Positions 26,700 to 37,961 of a stretch of DNA of 64,000 nt are shown one piece after another. The number at the start of each line of letters is the position of its first letter. Positions within the stretch are counted from its first letter, which is position 1. The DNA comes from Mytilus edulis (taxonomy: Eukaryota): NCBI RefSeq assembly GCF_963676685.1, contig NC_092349.1:80724001-80788000 (forward strand), given 5' to 3'. The translations under genes were made by a program, and so were the position numbers. The notes beneath the pieces were generated by a model that did not search any database, had not been told where the DNA came from, and saw only the letters and a list, made by a program, of their open reading frames with translations.

Positions 26700-27000
26700 G
26701 ATTTTAGCGAGAGAAATGTATGTATTACTGAAAAAAAATTCACCAGGGTTTTCGATATCACAAACTAGTCAAACCTTTACTAAATTTTATCATTGGTACA
26801 CGAACATCATTTGTAAATATAACTCAACATGCAGAAATCTTATACGTTCAGGTATCTCACATCCAATTGTTTATGGTAATATTCTATATAAAGCACAAAA
26901 ATGTCAGTATTCACCAGCTAACAAAACCTTTAAACAGACTTATTAAGAAGGCATATAGTTACGATACTGTTGTCAGGTCATTAAAGATTGCATTCACTTA
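26700..27000 (+). pseudogene. Penelope-like element C-terminal relic
   Basis: CAGGGTTTTCGATATCACAAACTAGTCAAA..TTTACTAAATTTTATCAT encodes QGFRYHKLVK.FTKFYH, resembling the post-RT region of PLEs. It is frameshifted. Confidence 0.5.
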
Positions 27001-28350
27001 TAGGGTCTTTGTAGCGGAATCAAACACATTTTTTCTAAAACCAGTTGTTGGCATGACACTAGTACTGGTTATGTTCTTCTCATATATTTTATGATAGTAT
27101 AATACTAAACCCCTAACGGGAGGGATTGTGCTTAATATTCACATGATGAAGACATAATATATCAATCAGTTTATTTGAGGTCTGGAGCTGGCATGTCAGT
27201 AAATGCTAGTAGTCCTTTGTCAATTTATGTATTATTGTCATTTTGTTTAATTTCTTATTCTGACATCGGACTCGGACTTCTCTTAAACTAAGTTTTACTG
27301 TCCTTATTATTGTGTGTTTTTTCTACTTTTGCTATAGGTATAGGGGAAAGGGTTGAGATTTAAAAAAAAACATGCTGTTACCCGCTGCATTTTCGCGCCT
27401 TTCCCAAGTCAGGAGCCTCTGGCTTTTGTTAGTCTTGTATAATTTTTAGTTTTAGTTTCTTGTGTATAATTCGGAGTTTAGTATGACGTCCAGTATCACT
27501 TAACTAGAATACATATTTGTTAATTGAATTTGTAAGGATTAACCGTATTGACCCTAGTGCTTCATGTAATATCCCTATTTTTCTGATATCAAATTAAAAT
27601 TGAGAATGGAGATGGGGAATGTGTAAAAGAAACAACAACCCGACCCCAGAGCAGACAACAGCCGAAGGCCAACAATGGGTCTTCAATGCAGCGAGAACTT
27701 CCGCACCCGGAGGTGTCCTTCGGCTTGTCCCTTCATAAATATGTATTCTGGTTCAGTGATTATGAACGAGATACTAAACTCCGAATAATTGTCTGGTAAA
27801 TAATGTATTGTCATGAGTTTCAACGATGAGGCTGTATATTAAATTTTTGAAAGAGACATTTGGTCACAAGATAAGATTGCCAACGCACAAATAAAGGCAT
27901 TGATAGAAACCCTATCTATCAGAAATACATCAGTTCAGAGGTAGTCCGTGTCCGATTTCATTTTTCATATTAAAATTAGATAACGTCAGAAATATTTTCA
28001 GTTCTTTGATAATCGGATTGCAGATTATTTTCTGTAACTAATATAGAGCCTTCTAATAGAAAGGCGTGTATTTTTTATATTTATCCAACTTTCAATATAT
28101 CTTAACTAATTGAGACATATTATATATCAAATATGATAATTTATCTATTAAAAATGTTAAGTAATTTATTTTATTAGTTATCTTATATAGGTTATGACAT
28201 ATCTTATATAGTTAAAATATATCTTGGTTATTTGTTTTGTAATCAATTAGGCGATTGATTTATGTCTTGGCCTTTTATTGCCAACCATACGATGTCGGCC
28301 TTTCTCATTGAATAAGATCGAACGGTCGTATATAATTGTTAAAATTTCCT

Positions 28351-28548
28351 ATATTTCTGGGAATGCAAATATCATCCATCAGAGTGGACTATTGACCAGT
28401 TTTCTGTTAGAGTTGATTCAATTCTTTATCTGATCATACAAAACATACAGCGAGGCAACCTTCTTACAGGGGGCAATTTGCTAGAGAATAATTGAAAATG
28501 TTCTAGACCGGGTTGAACAAACAATGTTAATCCGTTTTACAACCCTAG
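28351..28548 (+). pseudogene. cGLR C-terminal relic
   Basis: TTCTGGGAATGC...GAGTGGACTATTGACCAG...CATACAGCGAGGCAACCTT...GGCAATTTGCTAGAGAATAA (FWEC..EWT.DQ..IQRGNL..NLLEN), degenerate. Confidence 0.8.
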
Positions 28549-29405
28549 ATCAGAACTTTATTTATTGTCTGTTTTGTCTAGCACTACTTGAGAATAAGTA
28601 TTATAGACTTAAGACTTGAAAATACAATTCTCTTTAATACCAGAAACGGTACCAAATGGATGAAACTTCGAAAAATTGCATGCCGTTGCTGTTTTAAAAA
28701 GTCTCAGTTAGAACGATACTTCAACATGTTCAAATGAAATCCTCATAGATACCAGTATTGAAATTTTCGCAAGTCACGTTTAGCAGGGATATCTAACTGG
28801 ATATTTCTACTAGAGACTGCAGGGTATCAGTGCTGAATTCGAATTTTCGAACTATGAATTAACCTGACATCAAATTTGTTCCATCTCCGTTCTTCTGTTC
28901 AGTCTGTTTGGTTTTCTTTTGCACCGAAAAACATTTATTAACTATACATGAGTCACTCAAATTCACATTTTAGAAAAATTCAAATGGAAAAGCCAGAACA
29001 AAAGATACACACAAAACAATACACTTATTCTGAAATTTGAAATATCTTTTTTCATATTATCTGTATATGATATGTGATAATATTTGTTTGAATTTCACAA
29101 ACAGTTGACATTTAACTTTCAAGAACTGTTTTGTAAAATCACATAAACAGTTTCTTAATTTTCCTACCAAATGTTCTAAGTTGGCTAAATAATGAAACAT
29201 TTCATCTTCTACATTTCGTATATCAGTCGGACATAGTTTGAATTATGCTTATGAAAAGCAGTAGTCAGATGGGGTTGCACCAGAATTCAAACACAAATAA
29301 ATTGGACTATAAACTGTTGGCTTGGATTTACCTTGTACTCCTTGCCGTCAAATCCGATTGAAAATCATTTCACCGATACATTGAAAATACTAGAAAGTAA
29401 ACAAT

Positions 29406-29660
29406 GCTTGTCTGAGTATTAATGCCGGTATTTTTTCCTAAGTATAAAAAAGAGAAATGCAAATCATTCATCAGTGAGGCTATTAATCGGCCTCGAATAC
29501 ATCGATTTGCTGATATAAAAGGCTACACTGAGAATTATTTACCATCCAGAAAACAAGGTTGGACAGCAAGCATTGATTAAGCTCCATAAATTGAGGCACA
29601 TTTCCTACCCAGACACGAGTTCGGTTAACCAAGATCAGGAGCCAAATGTCATTCTCAAAC
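29406..29660 (+). pseudogene. cGLR central relic
   Basis: AAATCATTCATCAGTGAGGCTATTAATCGGCCTCGAATA...GAGTTCGGTTAACCAAGATCAGGAGCCAAATG (KS..SEAINRPRI...EFG*PRSGAK), degenerate. Confidence 0.7.
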
Positions 29661-31604
29661 TGATATATGCTAAGCTCTGACTTCTTGTTCAGTATTGGCT
29701 ATTGTTTTATTCATTTTTAAATTGATCCGCTCTTCAACATTTGTATTTTAATTTGGATATTTAAAAAAATATTTTGGCCCCGAGCACCATAGAAGAGACA
29801 TTAATAGTTGAAATGCGGATGTGATGCATTGTAGATACTGCCGTTGGCCGTACGATGATATAACAGTTTTAAAAACAGTAATTAAACCATCTAAAATGTA
29901 CTGTATTTAATTTGTGAAATGAATTAGAAAAATGTTCAAACAAAGATTATCAGGTCGAAACGGAAAAAAAACACTATCGACTCTGTGTAGGGTTTTTGGG
30001 GATTGAATCAACGGTGCTTGGTGTAATTTTCAGGCAAGACAAGCTTTGAATATCACATGTATAAACCATATATTTGACTAGCCATGATATTTTCAAGCTC
30101 ATGAAGGTACCACGGTCAAAATGAGTCTCTGCATTTATATGAAGTTTTCGTTTATTTATATACATAAATTATGCCGTTAGTTTTCTCGTTTGAATTGTTT
30201 TAAAATGTTATTTCAGGGCCTTTTATAGCTGACTATGCGGTATGTGCTTTGTTCATTATTGACGGCCCTTCGGTTACCTATAGTTGTTAATTTTTGTGTC
30301 ATTTTGTCTCTTGTGGATAGTTGTCTCATTGGCAATCTTAGATTTTCTAGATTCTTCAAAATAACAGAACTATTGTCATTTTTGTTATTATCGATTTTAT
30401 TAAAATTTTCCATCTTATTCTTAAATTTTTTCACATGTATGTTTATATTTTATAGTTGTTATGTAACATTGTCTTTGTAGGGAAAAGGATTGTCAAGTCT
30501 TTGATTAATAAAAAATGTAAGCTTTAAGAATTAAAATAACTGAAGTTTGTATTTTCTAAATTCGGTTGTAACTGCAAAAATGTACTAGAACCTGTAATCA
30601 AAATAATACTAAATTTAAATGTTTTCTTTTTTTCGTAAGGAAAACAACATCAATTTTAACAAAGAAAATATAAAGATATATAACTAACATCAACAAGCTG
30701 TGCATCATTTATATGCTTCCTAATGTTTATTTACTTTCGTATTGTAAATACATTTTACATCCTGACAAAGTGATTAAATCAACACAGAGTTTGATGAAAA
30801 TCAAACTGCATGATCAATAGTATGAAGGTATTCATGTAAAAGGTATGTAAGAAAACTTTAAACAACACACACTTTTTTTAAGTAGTTGGAAGACTGTCAA
30901 AGATTTAAAAAAAAAATGAAGCAAACAAGGAATGAAGATGGGATGAGACAATATAGGGATCATAACAGGCAGTATATCTTGCTCGATTTACATGTGCCGG
31001 TATTTGTTCATATTTTACAGTGAGACAAAATGTGATTTACTCCCAACACTTAGTTTCCATGCTGTAATCATATTCGAAAAAGTTATAAAGTTTAAATGTT
31101 AGGTTCTGTATTAATAAATCACTTGAATTGCAGAAAATGAGCTTATCTTAACCCTAATAAAAGTACAACAACCGCCAAAGTAATTGTCAGTGCAATGATC
31201 AAATGAACGTAATGAAAAAATGAAGTTATAATAATTGCATGGTATGTCGTCAATTCGGCTTCTCTGAAATTAACAAATATAGGTCACCTTAGAAGGCTTT
31301 CTGCAATGATCAAAATCCATAACCCTAAGTCAGCTATAAAAGGCCCCGAAATGACACCAAGTAATATGATAAATGAGGCTATGAGTTTTTCATTTAATTT
31401 CAAAGGAAAAGGAAAGCGAAAAAACCTGTCAATGCCCGTGTTGAAGGCCGTACTTTGACCTATAGTGGTTTACTTTTACACTCTGTGGCTTGGATGCCAG
31501 TCATATAACATCTTATTATATATATGATATCAAATTACATCAAATATCATCCTGGAACTAGAATTTGTCCATAAACATGTTGTATATAATCAGAACAACA
31601 TTGG

Positions 31605-31617
31605 GGTCATCTTGACC
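31605..31617. promoter_or_regulatory. GGTCAnnnTGACC palindrome (ERE/IR3-like) upstream of a TA-rich TATA-like tract
   Basis: GGTCA-TCT-TGACC here, GGTCA-TAT-TGACC at 20231-20243, GTTCA-TTT-TGACC at 36698-36710. Confidence 0.35.
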
Positions 31618-31775
31618 CGACTTATTTCTCTCTCTATATATATATATATATATATTTGAAGAACACCTATTCCTATTTTTAATTTTGGATTTTGCTCTAC
31701 ACACTATTATGATAACATATCATGTAAAAATGCAGATAAAAAGCTCACAATTATCATTATCGTTTACCTGTCAAA

Positions 31776-32903
31776 ATGGATATTAATAAAATGTTAAATA
31801 ATTTTTATGAAGGCAACGTAAAAATGTCAAGAAACGAAACAAGACAGAACGTTAATGTTGTGATGCCTCTTGTGAATGACATTTTGCGGTACGTTCATGA
31901 AAAGGACAAACGGTTTCAAGTACAGCCATTAAATGTCGGGAGTTACTATTCCCACCTTAAAGTGTCTCGAGCTGACGAATTTGATTATAGTGTAGTCTTA
32001 GATGTTGGATCATCTCTGGATTGGGGTATTGGGACGCCATCTTATTATGGATATAATGGAAGCAACGAATTGGTTCTTTCATGGATTCCACTGCCATCAC
32101 CACCCCCAGGAAAATGCCTTATAGAGGTTGGAGGACTGACACAAAGATGGAATAATGAAGGTTTAAATGAAGGACCGGCTTGTTTGACAATTGATGATCA
32201 CATCATACCTATACGAGTTAAAAGAAGGTTTAAAGTACTCGTTAGTGAAGCTGTGAATCGACCACACATATATCAGTTTGTCGACGCAAGGCGATTATCC
32301 GAGTCACCTGCTACTACACTGATAATAAGCCATCCTAACATTGTAGGAGATACAATAAGTGTAGATCTTACACCTCTCATTAAATCACATGCTTCATTTC
32401 AACCAGAGTTTGGGTGGCCTAGATCAGGAGCCATATGGCCATCTTGTATAAAGATTCAAGAGATAATAGCTGAAGGAATCCACGGAGTTGCCAAAGATCC
32501 ATTGTACTGGTCTTTGTCATTTGTCATGTGCGAAAAGAAATTGCTAGATGGCATTGACTCGAATGGAACTTGTCGTAAAAAAAGTCAACGGATAATGAAA
32601 AAAATACGTGAAAGTTGGTGTCCAAAAGGAACTAAACAAGTAATTACTTCGTACCATCTACAAAATATTCTTTTCTGGGAATGTGAAAGTCGCCCATCTG
32701 ATGAAGAATGGACAAATGAACAGCTTTCTATAAGAATTGAGTCCATGTGTCACTTGCTCATACAAAATATTCAGCGTGGCAACCTGCCACTGTATTTCCA
32801 TACAGGAGTCAATTTGCTGGAGAATAAGGACAGGGACGTACTTGACAAGGTTGTACAGAACATTTACCGGTTTTTGAATAATCCCGAACATTATCTAATT
32901 TAA
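31776..32903 (+). CDS. cGAS-like receptor (cGLR; Mab-21 domain cyclic dinucleotide synthase-like), intact, 375 aa
   Basis: Uninterrupted ORF with the hG[S]x(9-13)EhD motif (VGSYYSHLKVSRADEFD), third acidic residue SVDL, WSLSF..CEK, SYHL and LPLYF..GVNLL, all matching cGAS/Mab-21 landmarks. No zinc-ribbon insertion. Confidence 0.95.
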   Translation: MDINKMLNNFYEGNVKMSRNETRQNVNVVMPLVNDILRYVHEKDKRFQVQPLNVGSYYSHLKVSRADEFDYSVVLDVGSSLDWGIGTPSYYGYNGSNELVLSWIPLPSPPPGKCLIEVGGLTQRWNNEGLNEGPACLTIDDHIIPIRVKRRFKVLVSEAVNRPHIYQFVDARRLSESPATTLIISHPNIVGDTISVDLTPLIKSHASFQPEFGWPRSGAIWPSCIKIQEIIAEGIHGVAKDPLYWSLSFVMCEKKLLDGIDSNGTCRKKSQRIMKKIRESWCPKGTKQVITSYHLQNILFWECESRPSDEEWTNEQLSIRIESMCHLLIQNIQRGNLPLYFHTGVNLLENKDRDVLDKVVQNIYRFLNNPEHYLI

Positions 32904-33204
32904 ATTATGTTTTCAATCTTTTAGATCATTTGAATCAGCAGAATGTGATGTTTGTATTGTCTGTTTCACCAAGGAATACTTCGGAGTGAACTTTAAAATT
33001 AAATCTTGATAATGTTTTCTTTTCTAGTAATATCATAACTGGACAAAACATTAAACTGTGGCGCGACAACTGTATAATTCACCTGGAATAATCGCTGAAA
33101 ATTTTCTTTAGGAAACTGATGTAGACTAAAAATTCTAACATTTGTAATATACATGATATATCCGTTAGAAAACCTTCAGTCATACAATAAAATGATTATC
33201 TATT

Positions 33205-33258
33205 AACTTTCACTTTCATTAACAGTTTTCATAAATCTGATGAAAAGTAAAAGTAAAC
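33205..33258. promoter_or_regulatory. ISRE-like cassette
   Basis: AACTTTCACTTTCATTAACAGTTTTCATAAATCTGATGAAAAGTAAAAGT, ~300 bp after the stop codon. Confidence 0.55.
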
Positions 33259-33477
33259 TGAACAGTATAAATCGGTCGTACTATTTATCAATTCTCTAAC
33301 AAATCACATAAAGTTTAATTAACTGAAGGCATTGCAGAATCCAGAATAATATGAAACAGTTCATTTCAAATTAATTTGACCACAATCGGCAACATGAAAT
33401 TATAACAACAAACACATAATTAAACAAACAACAAAAGAACAATACTGATGAAAATAATATCTCGATGTATACACTAT

Positions 33478-34182
33478 TATAGCTATCAAATGTACCAGGA
33501 TTATAATTTAATATGCCAGACGTGCGTTTCGTCTACATAAGACTCATCAATGACGCTCAGATCAAAATAGTTATAAAGCCAAAAAAGTACAAAGTTGAAG
33601 AGCATTGACAACCCAAAATTCCAAAAAGGTGGGCCAAAAATGGCTACGGTAAACTATTCCTGGGATAAGAAAATGATTAGTTTTTCGAAAAATTCAAAGT
33701 TTTGTCACAGGGAATTTATAAAAATGACCATATACATTTTTTTAATTGATATTCATGTCAACACCGAAGTGCTGAATACTGGGCTGGTGATACCCTCGGG
33801 GATGAAACATCCACCAGCAGTGTCATCGACCCAGTGGTGTAAAGTTATCAAAGGTACCAGGATTAAAATTAAATATGCCAGACGCGCGTTTCGTCTACAC
33901 AAGACTCATCAGTGATGCTCAGATTAAAATACATGTAGTTATAAAGCCAAACAAGTAAAAAGTTGAAGAGCATTGAGGATCCAGTAGTTATCAAAGGTAT
34001 CAGGATTATAAAATTAAAAAAAGTTGTGTCAAATTCTGAAAAGGTAATCTTTGCCTGGGATAAGAAAATCCTTCTTTTTTTCGAAAATTCAAAGTTTCGT
34101 AAATAGGAAGTTCATAAAAAAGACCATATACTTGATATTCATGTCAACATCGAAGTGCTGATTACTGGGCAGGTGGTGATAC
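33478..34182 (-). mobile_element. Non-LTR retrozyme-like tandem repeat (family 1, ~362-bp unit, ~2 units)
   Basis: Direct repeat with a hammerhead motif once per unit (33514-33555, 33876-33917). Same family as 44275-44949. Confidence 0.8.
33876..33917 (-). ncRNA. Type I hammerhead ribozyme (core intact, stem I weakened)
   Basis: CAUCA CUGAUGA GUC-UUGUGUA-GAC GAAA CGCGC GUC UGGCA. Confidence 0.7.
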
Positions 34183-34638
34183 AATTAAGATTAGTACCCA
34201 AATCAAATCATAGAGGTATATTTTACAAGAAGCACTAATATTAAGGTTATCCCTTACCAAAACAAGTTACTATGAAGTTGTATGTCCAATTTGTTGATAG
34301 AGTCACTTTTTTAACAAGATGAGATTGTCAGCGTATAAAAAAGGTCTTGATAGAAATCCTATCTACCAGAGATACGCTAGCTTCGAGGTAGTCCATTGAC
34401 ACTGGATTCATTTATCCTTGTTGGTATCAATTTTTGTGGATTTAGAAAAACATTTTTGATGGATATTTTATTTTGTGGTTTTGCCAATCTCTGCATTAAA
34501 AGCCTAGAAAAAAATTTGTAATTCGTTGTTCACCTCAGTCCACGAAACACAACAAACTTTGCATCCAACGAATAAAAATGAATGCATAATCAGCGGGAAA
34601 GGGAACATCGTGGGTCTCAGCTTTAAAATACCTTTTCA

Positions 34639-34790
34639 GCAAAGAAAGATGCAAATCACTCGTAAGTGAGGCTGTTAACCGGCCACGTATACGTCAATTT
34701 GCTGATATTAAAGCTGATATATGTCTAAATTCCCGGCTGTTACACTGACAATTATAAACCACCAGGAACCAAAATGGCCTTCTTAAACTG
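34639..34790 (+). pseudogene. cGLR central relic (paralog of the 29406 relic)
   Basis: AAATCACTCGTAAGTGAGGCTGTTAACCGGCCACGTATACGTCAATTTGCTGAT (KSLVSEAVNRPRIRQFAD), then degenerate. Confidence 0.75.
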
Positions 34791-36833
34791 AGTTTGCAAA
34801 GCTCCAACTCATTGTCCGACTATTGTTTAAATCATTTTTAGGTTGATCCGATCTTGAACATTTGTATTATAGTTTTAATATCAAAATATTTGGTCCTCGA
34901 GCATCACCGAAGAGACATTAGTTGTCAAAATGCGGATCTGGTGCGGTGCATCTGGCGTGAATAAGACATTTTTATCCTGGTATCTATGATGAGTTTATTT
35001 GTTATTACTCCCGTTTGACATACGATAATGTAACAGTTGTAAAAATAATCAAACCATCTAAAAAAGTACTGTATCTTACCTGTGAAATGACTTAGAAATT
35101 GTTTTACGAAAAGTTGTTCGGGTCCAAATGGAACAAATAAACTATGGACGCTGTCTAGCGCCCGAGGGGATTGTATTAACTATGTACGGTGTAGAGTTGT
35201 CATAGGAAAATGACGACACAAAGACAAGCTTTGAATATAACAAAATTTAACCATATATGTGACCAGCCATGCTTTGTTTTTTAAACTTATCGGGGTAACA
35301 GGGTCAAAATGAGTTTCTTGCATTTTATGAAGTATACAATGATTAAAAAACACTGATAAGTTATTGTTAGATTCTCTCAAATAACAGAACTATGGTCAAT
35401 TTTGTGGGTTTCGATTTAAGTAATACTTTCCATTTTTTCTGCAATTTTTACATTTTCATCTAAAATAGTTCCTAAGTCATATTGTGGGTTTTTTTTAAGA
35501 GGAAGAGTTGTAAAGGTTTTTTGAATAAACAAAATGTAAGCTTTGATAAATAAATAACTGAAGATTGTATTTTCTAAATTCGGTTGCAATAGCAAACATT
35601 TACCAGAAACTGCGATCAAAATAAAACGGATTTCTAAATTTTTCATTTGTAAGGTAAACTACATTAATTGTAAAGAAAGGGATGTAAAGATATAAAATGA
35701 ACACCAACGAGCTGTGTATCATTTAATATAGCAGGAATATGACAGTTGTTATCCATTTGTTTGATGTGTTTTTGATTTTTTTAATATGGCCATTTGATTA
35801 GGAACTTTCTGTTTTGAATTTTCCTCGGAGTTCGGTATTTTGGTGATTTTACTTTTTAATATGCTTTCTGATGTTCATTTACTTTCTAATTGTGAATACA
35901 TTTTGTACTTGTATCCTGACAAAGTGATTTAATCAAAGATCCGATAATGCAGAGTAAGATGAAAAATCAAACAGTATATGGGTATTTGGTAAAAAGGATT
36001 GAAGAAAACTTTCAACACAAATATTTTGCTTACATAGATAATAAAAACCTGAATTAAACAAGGAACAAACATGGGATGAGACAATATTAGGATCCTTATG
36101 GGCAGGTATATCTTACTCAATATACAAGTACTTGGATATGGTCATATTTTCAGTGTAAAACAATGAGATTAACTACACGGAGTCCATGCTGCAATCTTAT
36201 TCGAGTAGGAAAAAATTCCAAAAAAATGGGCTGTATTAATGACCAAATAAAGTAATATCAAATGCTTGGTCTTTTCAGCAATTGGCGTCCCTTTCTGATA
36301 GAATATGATACGAAAGTGGTAAGATTGCCAATGAGACAACGCTACACAACAGACCAAAATGACACAGAACTACAGGTCAACTAACGGCAATCAACGATGC
36401 GCAAAGCCCATACCACTTAGATATAAAAAAAAAAAAAAAATGATATCAAGTAATCAGATAAAGGAGACTAGGAGTTTTTCATTTAATGTAAATGGCAAAG
36501 GAATGCGAAAAAAAATGTCAATGCCCGTGTTGAAGACCGTACTTTGACCTATAATGGTTTACTTTTACACATTGTGACTTTAATGGCACTCATGCCACAT
36601 CTTACTATATAAATGATATCAAATTAGTTCAAATATCATCCTGAAATTAGAATTGGTCCATAAACATGTAAAATATACATAATAAAAAAAACATTGGGTT
36701 CATTTTGACCCGACTTATCTCTATATATGAAGAACACCTAATTCTATTTTAAATTTTGGATTTTGCTCTACACACTGTGATAACATATTATGTAAGAACG
36801 ATAATAAAAAGCTTTTATTTCACAATTTTCAAA

Positions 36834-37961
36834 ATGGATATAAATACAATGTTAAATAATTTGTATGAAGACAATGTGAAAATTTCTAGAAACGAAACAA
36901 GCCAGAACGTTAATGTTGGGATGCCTCTTGTGAATGACATTTTGCGGTACGTTCACGAAAGGGACAAACGTTTTCAAATATAGCCATTAAATGTCGGGAG
37001 TTACTATTCCCACCTTAAAGTGTCTCGAGCAGACGAATTTGATTATAGTGTAGTCTTAGATGTAGGATCATCTCTGGATTGGGGTATCGCAACGCCATCT
37101 TATTATGGATATAATGGAAGCAACGAATTGGTTCTTTCATGGATTCCACTGCCTTCACCACCCCCAGGAAAATGCCTTATAGAGGTTGGAGGACTGACAC
37201 AAAGATGGAATAATGAAGGTTTAAATGACGGACCAGCTTGTTTGACAATTGATGATCACATCATACCTATATCAGTGAAAAGATGGTTTAAAGCACTCGT
37301 CAGTGAAGCTATTAACCGACCACACATACGTCAGTATGTCGATGCAAAACGATTATCCGAGTCACCTGCTACTGCACTAATAATTTGCCATCCTTACATT
37401 GTAGGAGATCAAGTAAGTGTAGATCTTACACCGCTTATAAAATCACATGATTCATTCAAACCAGAGTTTGAGTGGCCTCGCCCGGGAGCAAGATGGCCAT
37501 TCCGTGCAATGATTGAAGAGATAATAGCTGAAGGAATACATTTAGTTGCTAAACATCCATGTTACTGGTCTATGTCATTTGTCATGTGCGAAAAGCTATT
37601 GGTAGATTGCATTGACTCGAATGGAACTTGCCGTAAAAAGGGTCAAAGGATAATGAAGAAACTTAGAGAAATGTGGTGTCCAAAAGGAACAAAACAAGAA
37701 TTAGCTTCATATCATCTTAAAAATATTCTTTTCTGGGAATGTGAAAATCATCCATATGATTCAGAATGGGATAATGACAAGCTTTCTGAAAGAATTGGGT
37801 CAATGTGTTACCGGATCATAGAACACATACGATGTGGCAACCTGCCTCTCTATTTTCATACAGGAGTCAATTTGTTGGAGAATAAGGACAGAGACATTCT
37901 TTGCCAGGTTGTACAGAACATTCAAATGTTTTTGAGTTCGCCGGAACAAAACTTACTATAA
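36834..37961 (+). pseudogene. Full-length cGLR with one premature TAG
   Basis: ATG 36834 is in frame with ORF 37020-37961. The only frame lesion is TAG at 36981-36983, where the 31776 copy has CAG (Gln). Confidence 0.9.
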
